From Bacteroidaceae bacterium (GTDB taxonomy: Bacteria > Bacteroidota > Bacteroidia > Bacteroidales > Bacteroidaceae): a stretch of 64,000 bases of DNA. The translations under genes were made by a program, and so were the position numbers. Location: assembly GCA_017547385.1 (NCBI GenBank), contig JAFYPU010000003.1, positions 1,369 through 65,368 of the forward strand, written 5' to 3'. Position 1 is the first letter of the stretch. Every line of letters begins with the position of its first letter. Positions 48,301 through 59,486 of this stretch are shown here, piece by piece. The notes beneath the pieces were generated by a model. It searched no databases. It had not been told where the DNA came from and saw only the letters and a program-made list of their open reading frames with translations.

Positions 48301-49501
48301 TGGTTGTTTCGGGGTAGATAGCCATGTGAGTTTCATAGCTGTTGAAATCCTTGCCCGGAGTTACGTCGATGAAGTAGCTTCCTTCTTCGGCAGGAGTGGT
48401 GATGGTATAGTAGTAGTTACCATTTGACTTCGGAGTAACGTAATCGCCGTTGGTCAAAGCTTCGGCAGTTTCGATGGCATCGTAAGCCTGAAGTTCTTCC
48501 AAACTGATGGTGAATGTTTCGTCAGCATCGGTGCTGTTGGCCTTTTCGATGCAGATGTAGTAAGTACCGGCATCAGTAACTACACGGCGAGCGTGCAGAT
48601 AACCCATGGTGGTAGAGGGATAGTAGTCGCCGCATTCTTCGTAGATGCGAGTGCTACCACCGGTGAGGTCAGCTACAGAGTTAACAACGATGGCACCGGC
48701 CTTTTCAGATGTGAATTCGTACCAGTAGCGACCGGCAGCAGCGGGAAGGGTGTTTTCACCCACCTTGCCTTCGAGCGGCATAGCGCAAGAATAGCCGGCT
48801 TCGGGAACGATGAAGCGATAAGAAGCGATGAACGAAGAGTAACCCGTGGTCTTGATGATGTAAGTCTTACCGGGTTGCACAAGGGCTGAAGTGCGGTAGC
48901 TGTAATCATCCATGTCGGTGATTTCGAGCTGAACACCTTCAGTGTCATCACAGCTTTCCATCAAAGTGATGCTGTTGGGATAACCATAGAAGGTCAACTC
49001 AAGAATACCTTCCTCATCACCTTCGGGCACAGTGAACTGGCTGTAGCCGGGGAGAGCAACATACTCGTTGTAGTCGAAGGGAGAAGGAATGTAGAAAGTT
49101 CCTTCGCCTGCAACAACAGCGTCGTCGCAAGTGAGACCGCTACCGATGCTTGTGTTTTCGATAACAGCAGTCTGGAAGGTTCCTGAACCCATCCAACTGC
49201 TGGCGAAGACAATCACCGTTTCGCCCTTGCTGACGGGATAGAGCTCAGAACCCATGTACTGAGCGTAGTCAAGCATGGTGTCGTCTGAACCATCCTTGCT
49301 CACAGTTACACTGGGATTCCAGCCAGTGCAAGTAATCTGCAAGAACACATCTTGCTCTTCCGGAGCTGTGTACTTGAAGTACGTAGCTTCGGTGTCCACT
49401 GTAACTTCACCGATGGGAAGTTCCAGAGGACTTTCAAGCGTCTGGGCAAACATGCTGAAAGCAAACAATTGCATCAGACAGAAAAGTAATGATCTTTTCA
49501 T
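45350..49501 (-). CDS. Large acidic repetitive T9SS-type surface protein
   Basis: 1383 aa; signal peptide; about 6 repeats starting G-x-S-x-x-x-P; two ELSN-x-KAY...QFA-x-L...YYLYSV repeats; two Ig-like modules; C-terminus VYDIKGRLV...KGLYIINGKKVLVK. Confidence 0.85.
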   Translation of the reverse strand: MKRSLLFCLMQLFAFSMFAQTLESPLELPIGEVTVDTEATYFKYTAPEEQDVFLQITCTGWNPSVTVSKDGSDDTMLDYAQYMGSELYPVSKGETVIVFASSWMGSGTFQTAVIENTSIGSGLTCDDAVVAGEGTFYIPSPFDYNEYVALPGYSQFTVPEGDEEGILELTFYGYPNSITLMESCDDTEGVQLEITDMDDYSYRTSALVQPGKTYIIKTTGYSSFIASYRFIVPEAGYSCAMPLEGKVGENTLPAAAGRYWYEFTSEKAGAIVVNSVADLTGGSTRIYEECGDYYPSTTMGYLHARRVVTDAGTYYICIEKANSTDADETFTISLEELQAYDAIETAEALTNGDYVTPKSNGNYYYTITTPAEEGSYFIDVTPGKDFNSYETHMAIYPETTMSVWDGGQEDVQIHLVAEADTKYILEWYCQEGVNEIPFNVNITKIEKGQVYSDPIEAKEGANTLKATNEVYYSYTATQDGWLVIDAGDPTIEVSFPRGPGQWDGVYTAHHIGTITKVEVEADMEYIIKFGNVVEDTEFELSQEDYKQGESADNPFIVDETGVSNIPAASGNSYHKYVATREGMLQVNVDAMNEYLNGSYTQVVVTIDGSRNNVSTNNEGTYEGVYPVKEGSEVIVMVTLASAQEGKTVKLSVRDLLPGESSSKPIVIEHNGESLEYLFPEVRNRLNAKWYSIQLSEGSFSISTTQNYFSMDLYKSGDTENVLANAYSNWEADPICYELTYDVEEAGEYLLCLSYDYGEFYAAISGTALQAAAPEVVKPIAALSELSNAKAYTLTNARTGWGVDATNMKTTNDLGLTNDATDANQQFAILTSNNGKSYYLYSVGQSKFVGKKGVLSETPTDPIYFKAGEKDSTFVLYIDGDNHFNAGGSKQTSIDWWGTPDAGNSNYILPVVDFDATAALALIKEVEKDKVYGVTSLDELSNDKAYYVQNTRGMWAYDPAYTVEGAVIGTDILVSSTCAGVAADLADANKQFAFLKSKKGNYYLYSVAAKKFAVVNGQGVGLVDTPTTVANILNSKNGGQYAWVVALGENHIGISNNYTNVGGLITFWNDLGDAGNTVEFIEAGELDATEALAAIEAFENPAPVVTTVEVSPTPGHYDELPAQITMTFSANIEALEFGVLRTNMTGMRGYTFSEEDYTIAENVLTLNIPADYIKYQAQAMIMLQVKDINGNYVTYGEREEYISLEYTAPVRADIFSCVAITPEDGSEVAELKEFTLTFENPTSGYDFVGGVDTKKAIVLKDAEGNIVANGTAKVNSEEYGMDVVITLDKAISEVGTYTLVVPEATVFNANFDPEAEDFGIAWGALYNPEFTATFTVVVPEGIAGIIGNATSVKVYDIKGRLVSNSVKNLKKGLYIINGKKVLVK

Positions 49502-49729
49502 AAAGCTTTTTGTTGATTAGTTAATAAATAAAGGAAAATTGAAATTAAGTGTTGTCTCAGTTTTTGTTGAACCTACTTGTTTGAAATAGGTTAAGATGAG
49601 GGGGCAAAGTTATAAAAAAATGTTTTACGAGCTATCAAAATGATAAGAAAGTGTAAAAATAAGTAAACAAATCTTGTGGGCGAAAATAAGAAAATGCCTT
49701 TGTGAAAAGGGGAGAGGGGAGGAGGATTT

Positions 49730-49790
49730 TTCGCAAGGCGTGCAGAAATTTCTACAAGCACTGCAGAAAATTCTGCAAGGCGAGTGCAAA
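49730..49790. repeat. Family A 21-bp-phased palindrome array, 3 units (a further degenerate unit near 49856)
   Basis: Units at 49730, 49751 (TCTACAAGCACTGCAGA) and 49772. Confidence 0.88.
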
Positions 49791-50119
49791 ATCGGGAAAA
49801 GCCGTAAGGGTTTTCACGTTTGGCCGAGCCGCAGCTGAATTTCGTAAAACAGAATTCTGCAAGGCGTGCGTAAAATCAAGGAAAGCCGCAAGGATTTTTA
49901 TGTGCGCCGAACCACGATAGCGAGGTGAGAGTGAGTGAGCCGGCATGGGTTTTTCGCAAATCTTGGCAGTCAGAACGCGTTTGTGGCATTCTTTTTCGTA
50001 ATTTTGCAACGAATTTGCGGTAATGCGCACTCAAATGGTGGGGCTGTGGTCTTGCGGCATACTTTTTGCTGAGGCAGGGCTTGAACACACCCACAAATAT
50101 CAACTAACGCAACAGATAA

Positions 50120-52591
50120 ATGAAAAATAACGACGAGATGCCTCACAATCCCTTTTCGCTCATAGCCGATTTCGATGGAGATATATCCTCTTTGTTCAGT
50201 CAGGAAGTGGAACCGGTGCTGCCGGTGCTGCCCTTGCGCAACATGATGCTGTTTCCCGGCGTGGTGGCACCCGTGTCGGTGGGGCGACCGGCTTCGTTGA
50301 AACTCATTTCGCAAGCAGCCAAAAACGGCGGTCTGATGGCTGTCGTTTGTCAGAAAGAAGCCGAAGTGGAATTTCCCGGCTTGGACGACCTTTATCCCAT
50401 TGGCGTGGTGGCAAAGGCCGTGCGCGTGCTCGAACTGCCCGATGGCAACACCACTGTGATTCTGCAAAGTTATGGTCGCGTGGAGCTGAACAGTATCACA
50501 CGCGCGAAACCTTATCTTCGCGCGCAAGTAACACCGCTCGATGATGTTCTCCCCGAAGAGGGTGACAAGGAATATGAAGCAGTGTCCGAGGCCTGCAAGG
50601 ACCTCACCTTGCGTTGGCTCAAACTGAATGAGCAGTTCCGCGACGAAGCCTCGTTTGCCATACGCAACATCACACATCCCATTTTCCTCACCAGTTTCAT
50701 CTGCACCAACATGCCTTTCGCTATTCACGAGAAAGCGGAAATCATGGCAGAACCCGACCACAAGCAGCGGGCCTTCAAGTTGCTGACCATCCTCAATCGC
50801 GAGTGTCAATATGCACACCTGAAAGCTACCATCCAAAACCGCACACGTGAGGAACTCGACCAACAGCAGAAGGAGTATTTCCTGCAACAGCAAATCAAGA
50901 ACATTCAAGACGAGCTTGGCGATAACGGCAACGAGGATGTGAAGCAGTTGCGCGAAAAGATGGAAAAGCTTAGCCTGCCCGAAGCTATCAAGAAGCAGAT
51001 GCAGAAGGAGTTGAGCAAGCTTGAGCGTATCAATCCTCAAAGCCCCGACTACAATGTGCAGCTGGTGTATCTCCAAACAGTAACTTCGTTGCCTTGGGGG
51101 GTACAGACCGATGATGACATGCGGCTCGAAGCGGCCGAGAAGGTGCTAAATCGCGACCACTACGGTATGGAAAAGGTGAAAGAGCGCGTGCTCGAATATC
51201 TGGCCGTTTTGCCCCGTCGTCGCAATCGCAAAGCGCCCATTCTCTGTCTTTACGGTCCTCCGGGCGTTGGTAAAACATCGCTCGGCAAGAGCGTGGCAGA
51301 GGCTCTGGGACGTAAGTATGTGCGAATCTCATTGGGCGGCGTGCATGACGAAGCCGAAATCCGCGGACACCGAAAGACCTATGTCGGTGCCATGCCCGGA
51401 CGCATCATTAAGAGTTTGATCAAAGCCGGTACGGACAATCCCGTGTTTATCCTCGACGAAATCGACAAGGTGTCGCAAAACAATTACCACGGCGATCCGC
51501 AATCGGCATTGCTCGAAGTGCTCGACCCGGAACAGAATGCGGCTTTTCATGACAACTACCTTGACATCGACTATGACCTGTCGAATGTCTTGTTCATTGC
51601 CACAGCCAATACCCTGAACACCATCCCGGGACCGCTGCTCGACCGCATGGAACTGATTGAAGTGGAAGGCTATCTCACCGAAGAGAAACGTGAAATTGCC
51701 AAGCGCCACCTTGTGCCCAAGGAGAACAATGATATCGATTTCGGCAAAGGCAAGAAGGTGCGCTTCACTCCTAAGGCTCTCGATTTCCTCATCGACAATT
51801 ACACGCGCGAAAGCGGTGTGCGACAATTGGAAAAGCAAATCGGAAAAATCTTCCGCAAGGTGGCCTATCGTGCCGGCATCGAAGCCGAATGTCCTTTGCT
51901 AGGAACCGCACTCAAGCCCGAGAACATCAGCGAATTGCTGGGTAAACCAATTTACAACCGCGATAAGTATCAAGGCAACAAATACGCCGGTGTGGTTACA
52001 GGATTGGCTTGGACAGCCGTGGGTGGCGAAATACTTTTCATCGAAACCAGCGTCAGTCGTAGCAAAGCACCGCGACTCACCATTACGGGTAATTTGGGAG
52101 ATGTAATGAAAGAGTCGGCAGCTTTGGCTTTGGAGTACGTGAAAGCCCATGCCGAGCAACTGAACATCGATTACCGCATCTTCGAACAATGGAGTTTGCA
52201 CCTGCATGTTCCCGAAGGGGCAACACCGAAAGATGGTCCCTCGGCCGGTATCACCATGGCAACGTCCATCGCTTCGGCTTTGACACAAAGAAAAGTGCAT
52301 GAGAACATCGCCATGACGGGTGAGATGACATTGCGTGGCAAAGTGCTTCCTGTGGGAGGCATCAAGGAGAAAATCCTTGCCGCCAAGCGTGCCGGCATCA
52401 CCGATATCGTGATGAGTGTGGACAACCGCAAGGACATTGAAGAAATCAACGAGAAGTATATCGAAGGACTCACTTTTCATTTCGTGGAAAATGCGCAACA
52501 AGTGTTCGACATTGCTTTGCTGGATGAGAAAGTAGAGAACGCCATCACACTCACGGTGGAGACAGAAAACAAGGAGGCTGATAAAAAATGA
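50120..52591 (+). CDS. lon: ATP-dependent protease La
   Basis: [20 protein letters not shown] and PKDGPSAG motifs. Confidence 0.98.
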   Translation: MKNNDEMPHNPFSLIADFDGDISSLFSQEVEPVLPVLPLRNMMLFPGVVAPVSVGRPASLKLISQAAKNGGLMAVVCQKEAEVEFPGLDDLYPIGVVAKAVRVLELPDGNTTVILQSYGRVELNSITRAKPYLRAQVTPLDDVLPEEGDKEYEAVSEACKDLTLRWLKLNEQFRDEASFAIRNITHPIFLTSFICTNMPFAIHEKAEIMAEPDHKQRAFKLLTILNRECQYAHLKATIQNRTREELDQQQKEYFLQQQIKNIQDELGDNGNEDVKQLREKMEKLSLPEAIKKQMQKELSKLERINPQSPDYNVQLVYLQTVTSLPWGVQTDDDMRLEAAEKVLNRDHYGMEKVKERVLEYLAVLPRRRNRKAPILCLYGPPGVGKTSLGKSVAEALGRKYVRISLGGVHDEAEIRGHRKTYVGAMPGRIIKSLIKAGTDNPVFILDEIDKVSQNNYHGDPQSALLEVLDPEQNAAFHDNYLDIDYDLSNVLFIATANTLNTIPGPLLDRMELIEVEGYLTEEKREIAKRHLVPKENNDIDFGKGKKVRFTPKALDFLIDNYTRESGVRQLEKQIGKIFRKVAYRAGIEAECPLLGTALKPENISELLGKPIYNRDKYQGNKYAGVVTGLAWTAVGGEILFIETSVSRSKAPRLTITGNLGDVMKESAALALEYVKAHAEQLNIDYRIFEQWSLHLHVPEGATPKDGPSAGITMATSIASALTQRKVHENIAMTGEMTLRGKVLPVGGIKEKILAAKRAGITDIVMSVDNRKDIEEINEKYIEGLTFHFVENAQQVFDIALLDEKVENAITLTVETENKEADKK

Positions 52592-53718
52592 AATTCGAAC
52601 TTCAACATACCGATGCCAACTCTTCGGCGCGTGCCGGTATCATCACAACCGATCACGGCAACATCGAAACGCCCATCTTTATGCCGGTGGGAACCTTGGG
52701 AAGTGTGAAAGGTGTGCATCTGCACGAAATTAAGGATGAGGTGAAAGCACAAATCATTTTGGGCAACACTTACCACCTTTATCTGCGTCCGGGTTTGGAT
52801 GTGTTGGAAAAGGCCGGCGGTTTGCATAAGTTCAATGGCTTTGATCGCCCGATGCTCACCGACAGTGGCGGCTTCCAGGTGTTTTCATTGACAGGCATTC
52901 GCAAACTCAGTGCTGAGGGATGCGAATTTCGCTCACACATCGACGGAAGCAAGCACTTCTTCACGCCCGAAGGTGTGATGGACATTGAGCGAACCATCGG
53001 TGCCGACATTATGATGGCCTTCGATGAGTGTCCTCCCGGTACAGCCGATTATCAATATGCCAAAAAGAGTTTGGCACTGACACACGATTGGCTGAAGCGA
53101 TGTGAAAAGCGTTTCAACGAAACCGAACCCAAATACGGATACAATCAGTCGCTCTTCCCTATTGTGCAAGGATGCGTCTACAAGGATTTGCGTCGCGAGA
53201 GCGCAGAGTTTGTAACCCAGTTTGATGCCGACGGTTACGCCATTGGTGGTCTAGCAGTGGGCGAACCGGCTCCCGTGATGTATGAGATGATTGAAGTGGT
53301 CAACGAGATTTTACCTCAAAATCGCCCACGCTATCTTATGGGTGTGGGAACGCCGGTCAATATCCTTGAAGCCATCGAACGTGGTGTGGATATGTTCGAC
53401 TGCGTGATGCCGACGCGCAATGGTCGCAATGCTATGCTCTTCACCGCCGAAGGTGTGATGAATATGCGCAATGCGAAATGGGCTACCGACTTCTCACCGG
53501 TGGATGTCGCCGGTTATTGCCAAGCCGATTTGCAGTACTCCAAGGCATACCTGCACCATTTGTTCAAAGCCAAGGAGTTGTTGGCGATGCAGATTGCCAG
53601 CATCCACAACCTCGCGTTCTATCTGTGGTTGGTCGGCGAAGCACGTCGCCAAATTCAGAACGACACCTTCGCATCGTGGAAAGCAGAGATGGTGGAGCGC
53701 CTGATGCGCAGACTTTAA
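52588..53718 (+). CDS. tgt: tRNA-guanine transglycosylase
   Basis: TPIFMPVGT, TDSGGFQVFSL, GGLAVGE and DMFDCVMPTRNGRN; ATGA overlap with lon. Confidence 0.98.
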   Translation: MKFELQHTDANSSARAGIITTDHGNIETPIFMPVGTLGSVKGVHLHEIKDEVKAQIILGNTYHLYLRPGLDVLEKAGGLHKFNGFDRPMLTDSGGFQVFSLTGIRKLSAEGCEFRSHIDGSKHFFTPEGVMDIERTIGADIMMAFDECPPGTADYQYAKKSLALTHDWLKRCEKRFNETEPKYGYNQSLFPIVQGCVYKDLRRESAEFVTQFDADGYAIGGLAVGEPAPVMYEMIEVVNEILPQNRPRYLMGVGTPVNILEAIERGVDMFDCVMPTRNGRNAMLFTAEGVMNMRNAKWATDFSPVDVAGYCQADLQYSKAYLHHLFKAKELLAMQIASIHNLAFYLWLVGEARRQIQNDTFASWKAEMVERLMRRL

Positions 53719-53739
53719 AATAAAGAGATAGTAGAGGAT

Positions 53740-54951
53740 ATGGGTGTTAAGATGCAAAGAATGAAGAGAGTATTCCAACTTGTTGCAACTGCATGCAAGA
53801 AGTTGGGAAAGGGATTGGCACGTGTGCTGATGCTTTGTTTCCTGCCTGTGATGCGATTGCTGAATATCAATCGTATCGACAGATACATCATCAAGAAGTT
53901 CCTCACCACATACATCTTTTTGATAGCTATCATCATCACCATTTCCATTATTTTCGACTTCAACGAGAAAATCGATAAGCTCACGCAGAGTCATGTGCCG
54001 ATGCAGCGTGTCTTGACAGATTACTATCTGAATTTCATTCCATACTACTCCAATCTTTTCAGCCCGCTTTTCGTTTTCATCGCGGTGATTTTCTTCACTT
54101 GCAAATTGGCTGACAATTCTGAAATCATTGCCATGAAATCTGCCGGAATGAGTTTCCGCCGGTTGCTCAAACCTTATATGATTTCGGCAGCGCTCATTGC
54201 CATCACCTCCTTCCTTTTGGGTGCTTACGTCATACCGCACGGAAATGTGGCGAAAGTGAATTTTGAGAACGCCTATATCAAGAAGAAGAGTTCGAACACC
54301 TTGGAAAACATACAGATGCAGGTGGACACGGGTGTGGTGGCTTATATCACCCATTTCGACAACCGCACGAAGTCCGGCTACGGCTTTTCGTTGGATAAGT
54401 TTGCCAACAAAAAGCTCATTTCGCACATGACGGCGCAAACCATTCAGTATGACACGCTTTCCGAACGCCGCCACTCGTGGACGCTGCGCAATTACCGCAT
54501 CCGAACGCTCAAAGGAATGCGTGAGAAAATCACTTCCGGCGAACGCATCGACACTGTAATTTTGATGGAACCCAGTGATTTCTTCTATACACGCGGTCAG
54601 CAGGAAACCATGACGCTGCCGGAATTGTCTGAATTCATTGAGCGACAAAAGATGCGCGGTGCGTCGGGCATCAGTGTCTTTGAGGTGGAATATCACAAGC
54701 GATTTGCCATGCCGTTTGCCGCTTTCATTCTGACACTCATCGGAGTTTCGCTTTCGTGTGAGAAGCGCAAAGGCGGCATGGGTGCTTCCATCGGCCTGGG
54801 CTTGGCACTCAGCTTCTCTTACATCTTTTTCCAAACCATATCGGCCTCATTCGCCACCAATGCAGGATGGCCGGCCATGATTGCCGTGTGGATACCCAAC
54901 ATTTTGTTTGCCATCATCGCATTCTTCCTCTACAAGCGCACTCCGCAGTAG
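53740..54951 (+). CDS. LptF/LptG family LPS export permease
   Basis: IDRYIIKKFL, SEIIAMKSAGMSFRRLLKP, KRFAMPF and AVWIPN; start may be 53851. Confidence 0.92.
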   Translation: MGVKMQRMKRVFQLVATACKKLGKGLARVLMLCFLPVMRLLNINRIDRYIIKKFLTTYIFLIAIIITISIIFDFNEKIDKLTQSHVPMQRVLTDYYLNFIPYYSNLFSPLFVFIAVIFFTCKLADNSEIIAMKSAGMSFRRLLKPYMISAALIAITSFLLGAYVIPHGNVAKVNFENAYIKKKSSNTLENIQMQVDTGVVAYITHFDNRTKSGYGFSLDKFANKKLISHMTAQTIQYDTLSERRHSWTLRNYRIRTLKGMREKITSGERIDTVILMEPSDFFYTRGQQETMTLPELSEFIERQKMRGASGISVFEVEYHKRFAMPFAAFILTLIGVSLSCEKRKGGMGASIGLGLALSFSYIFFQTISASFATNAGWPAMIAVWIPNILFAIIAFFLYKRTPQ

Positions 54952-55025
54952 GGGGATTCTCATCGGGCGAAGTCCTTTAGCGTAAAGGTACGCCCTTTTT
55001 CTTATATATAATAAACCCATTGTAA

Positions 55026-56501
<1,476 letters not shown>

Positions 56502-56595
56502 TTAACGCTCCGTCAACAAGCTATTAAAATTTTGTTACCCCGGCCGATGTAGCCCATAGTGCTTGCATCGGCTTTTTTGTGCCTTGGCGGATTTT

Positions 56596-56633
56596 CCCCA
56601 AGGCTTTGCAGAATTAGTGGCACGCCTTGCCAC
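56596..56633. repeat. Family A remnant (2 units)
   Basis: GTGGCACGCCTTGCCAC at 56617 (compare 7026) preceded 21 bp earlier by a degenerate unit. Confidence 0.65.
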
Positions 56634-56770
56634 TTTTTCAAGAAAGGCATCGGAAAAATCAAGATGTCATCAGGCAGGAACAAAAACGGAGAGCCGATTT
56701 GCACAAACGCCGCATGGGCATTGGGCAAATCGGCTCTCGCGTATCTGAAAACCTTGAAAATATCTGAGCT

Positions 56771-57364
56771 CTACTCCGGGTTGCTTCCCATCACCCAGCG
56801 ATAAGCATTGCAACCCACAAAGTTGCCGATGACAATGCTTACGTAGAAAATGAGAATTTCGCCGAGATGTGCGCTCCAGAATGAAAGCGGAGCAGTCATG
56901 TAGAAGAAAGCATCGGCTGCGCAGTGCGGAAAACCGCACGTGATAAAGAGAGGCACACCGAAGAGCAGCGGGAGGTTGTTGCCCTTACGCGCAAAGGTTA
57001 CGGCCGTGGTCATGATAAATCCGCAACCGATGGCCAGCAGTCCGCCGCGCAGGGGACCCACCGCCAAGCGACCTTCGAGCAGGTTTTGTGCCGAGGCTTG
57101 CAATTCGAGCGGCGAGCAGCGTGTCAGCATTGCCATGATGAAGCATCCCACCAGGTTACCGGCCAGCACGTAGAGCAGATAGGGCACTTCATTGCGCTTG
57201 ATAAATCCGGCCGTTCCGGTGTAGAGTTTCAGTTTATAGCTCACCACAGTGATAAGTGCGAAGGCGAAAAGCACGCTTCCCACAATGTCGCGTGTGGCAA
57301 GGAAACCGATGCCGGCAGTGCCGATGGCAATGCCCGACATGATGGATGATTTCAGTGTATTCAT
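56771..57364 (-). CDS. Formate/nitrite transporter family protein (short form)
   Basis: LYTG, GFPHCAAD and IGNFVG FNT-like motifs; hydrophobic. Confidence 0.85.
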   Translation of the reverse strand: MNTLKSSIMSGIAIGTAGIGFLATRDIVGSVLFAFALITVVSYKLKLYTGTAGFIKRNEVPYLLYVLAGNLVGCFIMAMLTRCSPLELQASAQNLLEGRLAVGPLRGGLLAIGCGFIMTTAVTFARKGNNLPLLFGVPLFITCGFPHCAADAFFYMTAPLSFWSAHLGEILIFYVSIVIGNFVGCNAYRWVMGSNPE

Positions 57365-57375
57365 GGGTGCAAAAT

Positions 57376-59277
57376 TTATTTCAGAGCGTCGAGGTTCTGA
57401 CTGTTGAGCAACTGCTTTCCTTCAGCCGTATAGAGGAACTCCAAACGTTCGGCATAGGCTTTCTCAATTTTGCCGCGAACCATTTTCATGGTGGAGTTAA
57501 TCATTTGGTTCTGCTCGGTGAAAGGCTCGGCCAGTACGGCGAAGTTGCTGGGCAGCCAACGCTCGGGGAACATTCCCTCGAATTCGCCGCCGCGCTTAAA
57601 CTTGTTCACTTCGCTTTCCAGTTTCTGCAACGCTGCTTTGCGACCTTCTTCCGTGTCGAGCGTCAATCCTTTCTGCGAAACCTTGCGGCGCAATTGCTCC
57701 TTGTTGGGCACGATGAGCGCAGTGGTGAAGGGAGATTGGTTGTTGTAGAGCATCACCTGATCGATGTAGCGTGATTTTTCCACCAATGCTTCCTCAATGC
57801 CTTCGGGGCTGTATTTTTCACCGTCGCTTGAGATGAGCAGACTCTTGAAACGACCTTTCACATAGAGCAAGCCCTCTTCCGACATATAGCCGAGGTCGCC
57901 GGTGTAGAGGCGGCCGTCGCGCACGGTTTCGGCAGTCGATTCCGGATTTTTCCAGTAGCCGGCCATCACGTTCTCGCCCTTTACCACGATTTCGCCCATC
58001 TCGCCGGTGGGGAGTTCACGTCCCTCGGGGTCGCAGATGGTCAGTTCGATGGGCTTCACCAACTTGCCGCTCGAACCGAAACGATAGAGTTCGGGACCGT
58101 TGCTGGAGATAACGGGAGTGGCTTCAGAGAGTCCGTAACCTTGGTACATGGGTATGCCGATGCCTACGTAGAACTTCTGCAAATCCTTGTCGAGCAAAGC
58201 ACCGCCACCGATGAAGAAGCGGAGCTCGCCACCGAAGTTCTGACGCACTTTCGAGAAGATGAGTTTGTCGAAAAACGATACCAGAGGTTTCAGCAGGGCA
58301 CGCACTCCCTTGGAATCGAGGTTGCTGTCGCCGTAATAGATTTGCGTGAGGCGCATACCGATGTTGAACAAACGCACAGTGGTTTTGCCCTTGGCACGGA
58401 TGCCCTGTTCGATGTTCTTCTTGAAGGTTTTGGCCAAAGCCGGTACGCTCAAGATGAAGTGAGGCTTCACTTCGCGGATATTTCCGGGGATGTTTTTGAG
58501 TGTTTCGAGCGGAGTGCGGCCCACCTGCACGGTAGCAGCCGTTGCACCCACCGACATCATAATGTAAAAACCCACCACGTGTGCAAAGCAGTGGTCGAGG
58601 GGCAGGATGATGAGCGTGCGCCAGTGTTCGTTGATGTCCACGAGCGTGAGCGCTTGCTCCACGTTGGCTGTGTAGTTGCGGTGTGTGAGCACCACGCCCT
58701 TGGGGTCGGCAGTGGTTCCGCTGGTGTAGGTGATGGTGGCGTAGTCGTCGTTCTGAATGGAGTTGGCCACTTTCAGGAATTCTTCTTCGGTGTGTGAAGC
58801 CAGGAATTCGTCGCCCATCTTCATCACTTCCTCCAGCGAGATTTCGCCGGCTTCGTAGCTCTTCTGTGCGTCGAACACGATTATTTTTTGCACCTCGGGC
58901 AGTTGGTTCTTGATGAGGCGTATCTTTTTGAGTTGTTGGCCGCTCACCATCACAAACTTCACATCGCCGTGCACGAGGCGGAACAACAAATCGTTGCTCT
59001 CCTCGAGCTTGATGCTCAGAGGCACGTTCACTGCTCCGGCATAGAACATGGCCAATTCGCCAACAATCCACATGTTGCGGCCTTCGCTCAGCAAAGCCAT
59101 GGTGTCGCCTTTCTTCACGCCCAGTGCCTGCAATCCGGCACCGAGACGGTATACCTGCTCTTTCACTTGCTTGTAAGTGGTCGGCTCAAAGGCTTTTCCG
59201 GTTTTTTCAAGTAGGAATGTGTTGTTCGGATATTGGCGTACAGAGGCCTCGAACAAGTCTACGATGGTTTTCTTCAT
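57376..59277 (-). CDS. Long-chain fatty acid--CoA ligase (AMP-binding)
   Basis: YTSGTTADPKG, GYGLSE and TGDLG motifs. Confidence 0.93.
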   Translation of the reverse strand: MKKTIVDLFEASVRQYPNNTFLLEKTGKAFEPTTYKQVKEQVYRLGAGLQALGVKKGDTMALLSEGRNMWIVGELAMFYAGAVNVPLSIKLEESNDLLFRLVHGDVKFVMVSGQQLKKIRLIKNQLPEVQKIIVFDAQKSYEAGEISLEEVMKMGDEFLASHTEEEFLKVANSIQNDDYATITYTSGTTADPKGVVLTHRNYTANVEQALTLVDINEHWRTLIILPLDHCFAHVVGFYIMMSVGATAATVQVGRTPLETLKNIPGNIREVKPHFILSVPALAKTFKKNIEQGIRAKGKTTVRLFNIGMRLTQIYYGDSNLDSKGVRALLKPLVSFFDKLIFSKVRQNFGGELRFFIGGGALLDKDLQKFYVGIGIPMYQGYGLSEATPVISSNGPELYRFGSSGKLVKPIELTICDPEGRELPTGEMGEIVVKGENVMAGYWKNPESTAETVRDGRLYTGDLGYMSEEGLLYVKGRFKSLLISSDGEKYSPEGIEEALVEKSRYIDQVMLYNNQSPFTTALIVPNKEQLRRKVSQKGLTLDTEEGRKAALQKLESEVNKFKRGGEFEGMFPERWLPSNFAVLAEPFTEQNQMINSTMKMVRGKIEKAYAERLEFLYTAEGKQLLNSQNLDALK

Positions 59278-59426
59278 AAGTGTATATATTATTATTGTAT
59301 TCCGATAATTGTGAAAGCGGGTGCAAAGTTAGCAAAAATTAACGGAATAACCCTCGGTTGCGGTGCTCAAACATGCAGTAATGAGCAAGATAGATGCAAA
59401 AATGATTACGCAAATGTTGAAAAACA

Positions 59427-59470
59427 AGGCTGAGGCAGACTTCATGCTGTTTGAAATCTGCCTCAGCCTT
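59427..59470 (-). terminator. Terminator-like hairpin
   Basis: AAGGCTGAGGCAGA...TCTGCCTCAGCCTT. Confidence 0.75.
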
Positions 59471-59486
59471 TTGTGAAAATCTATGC

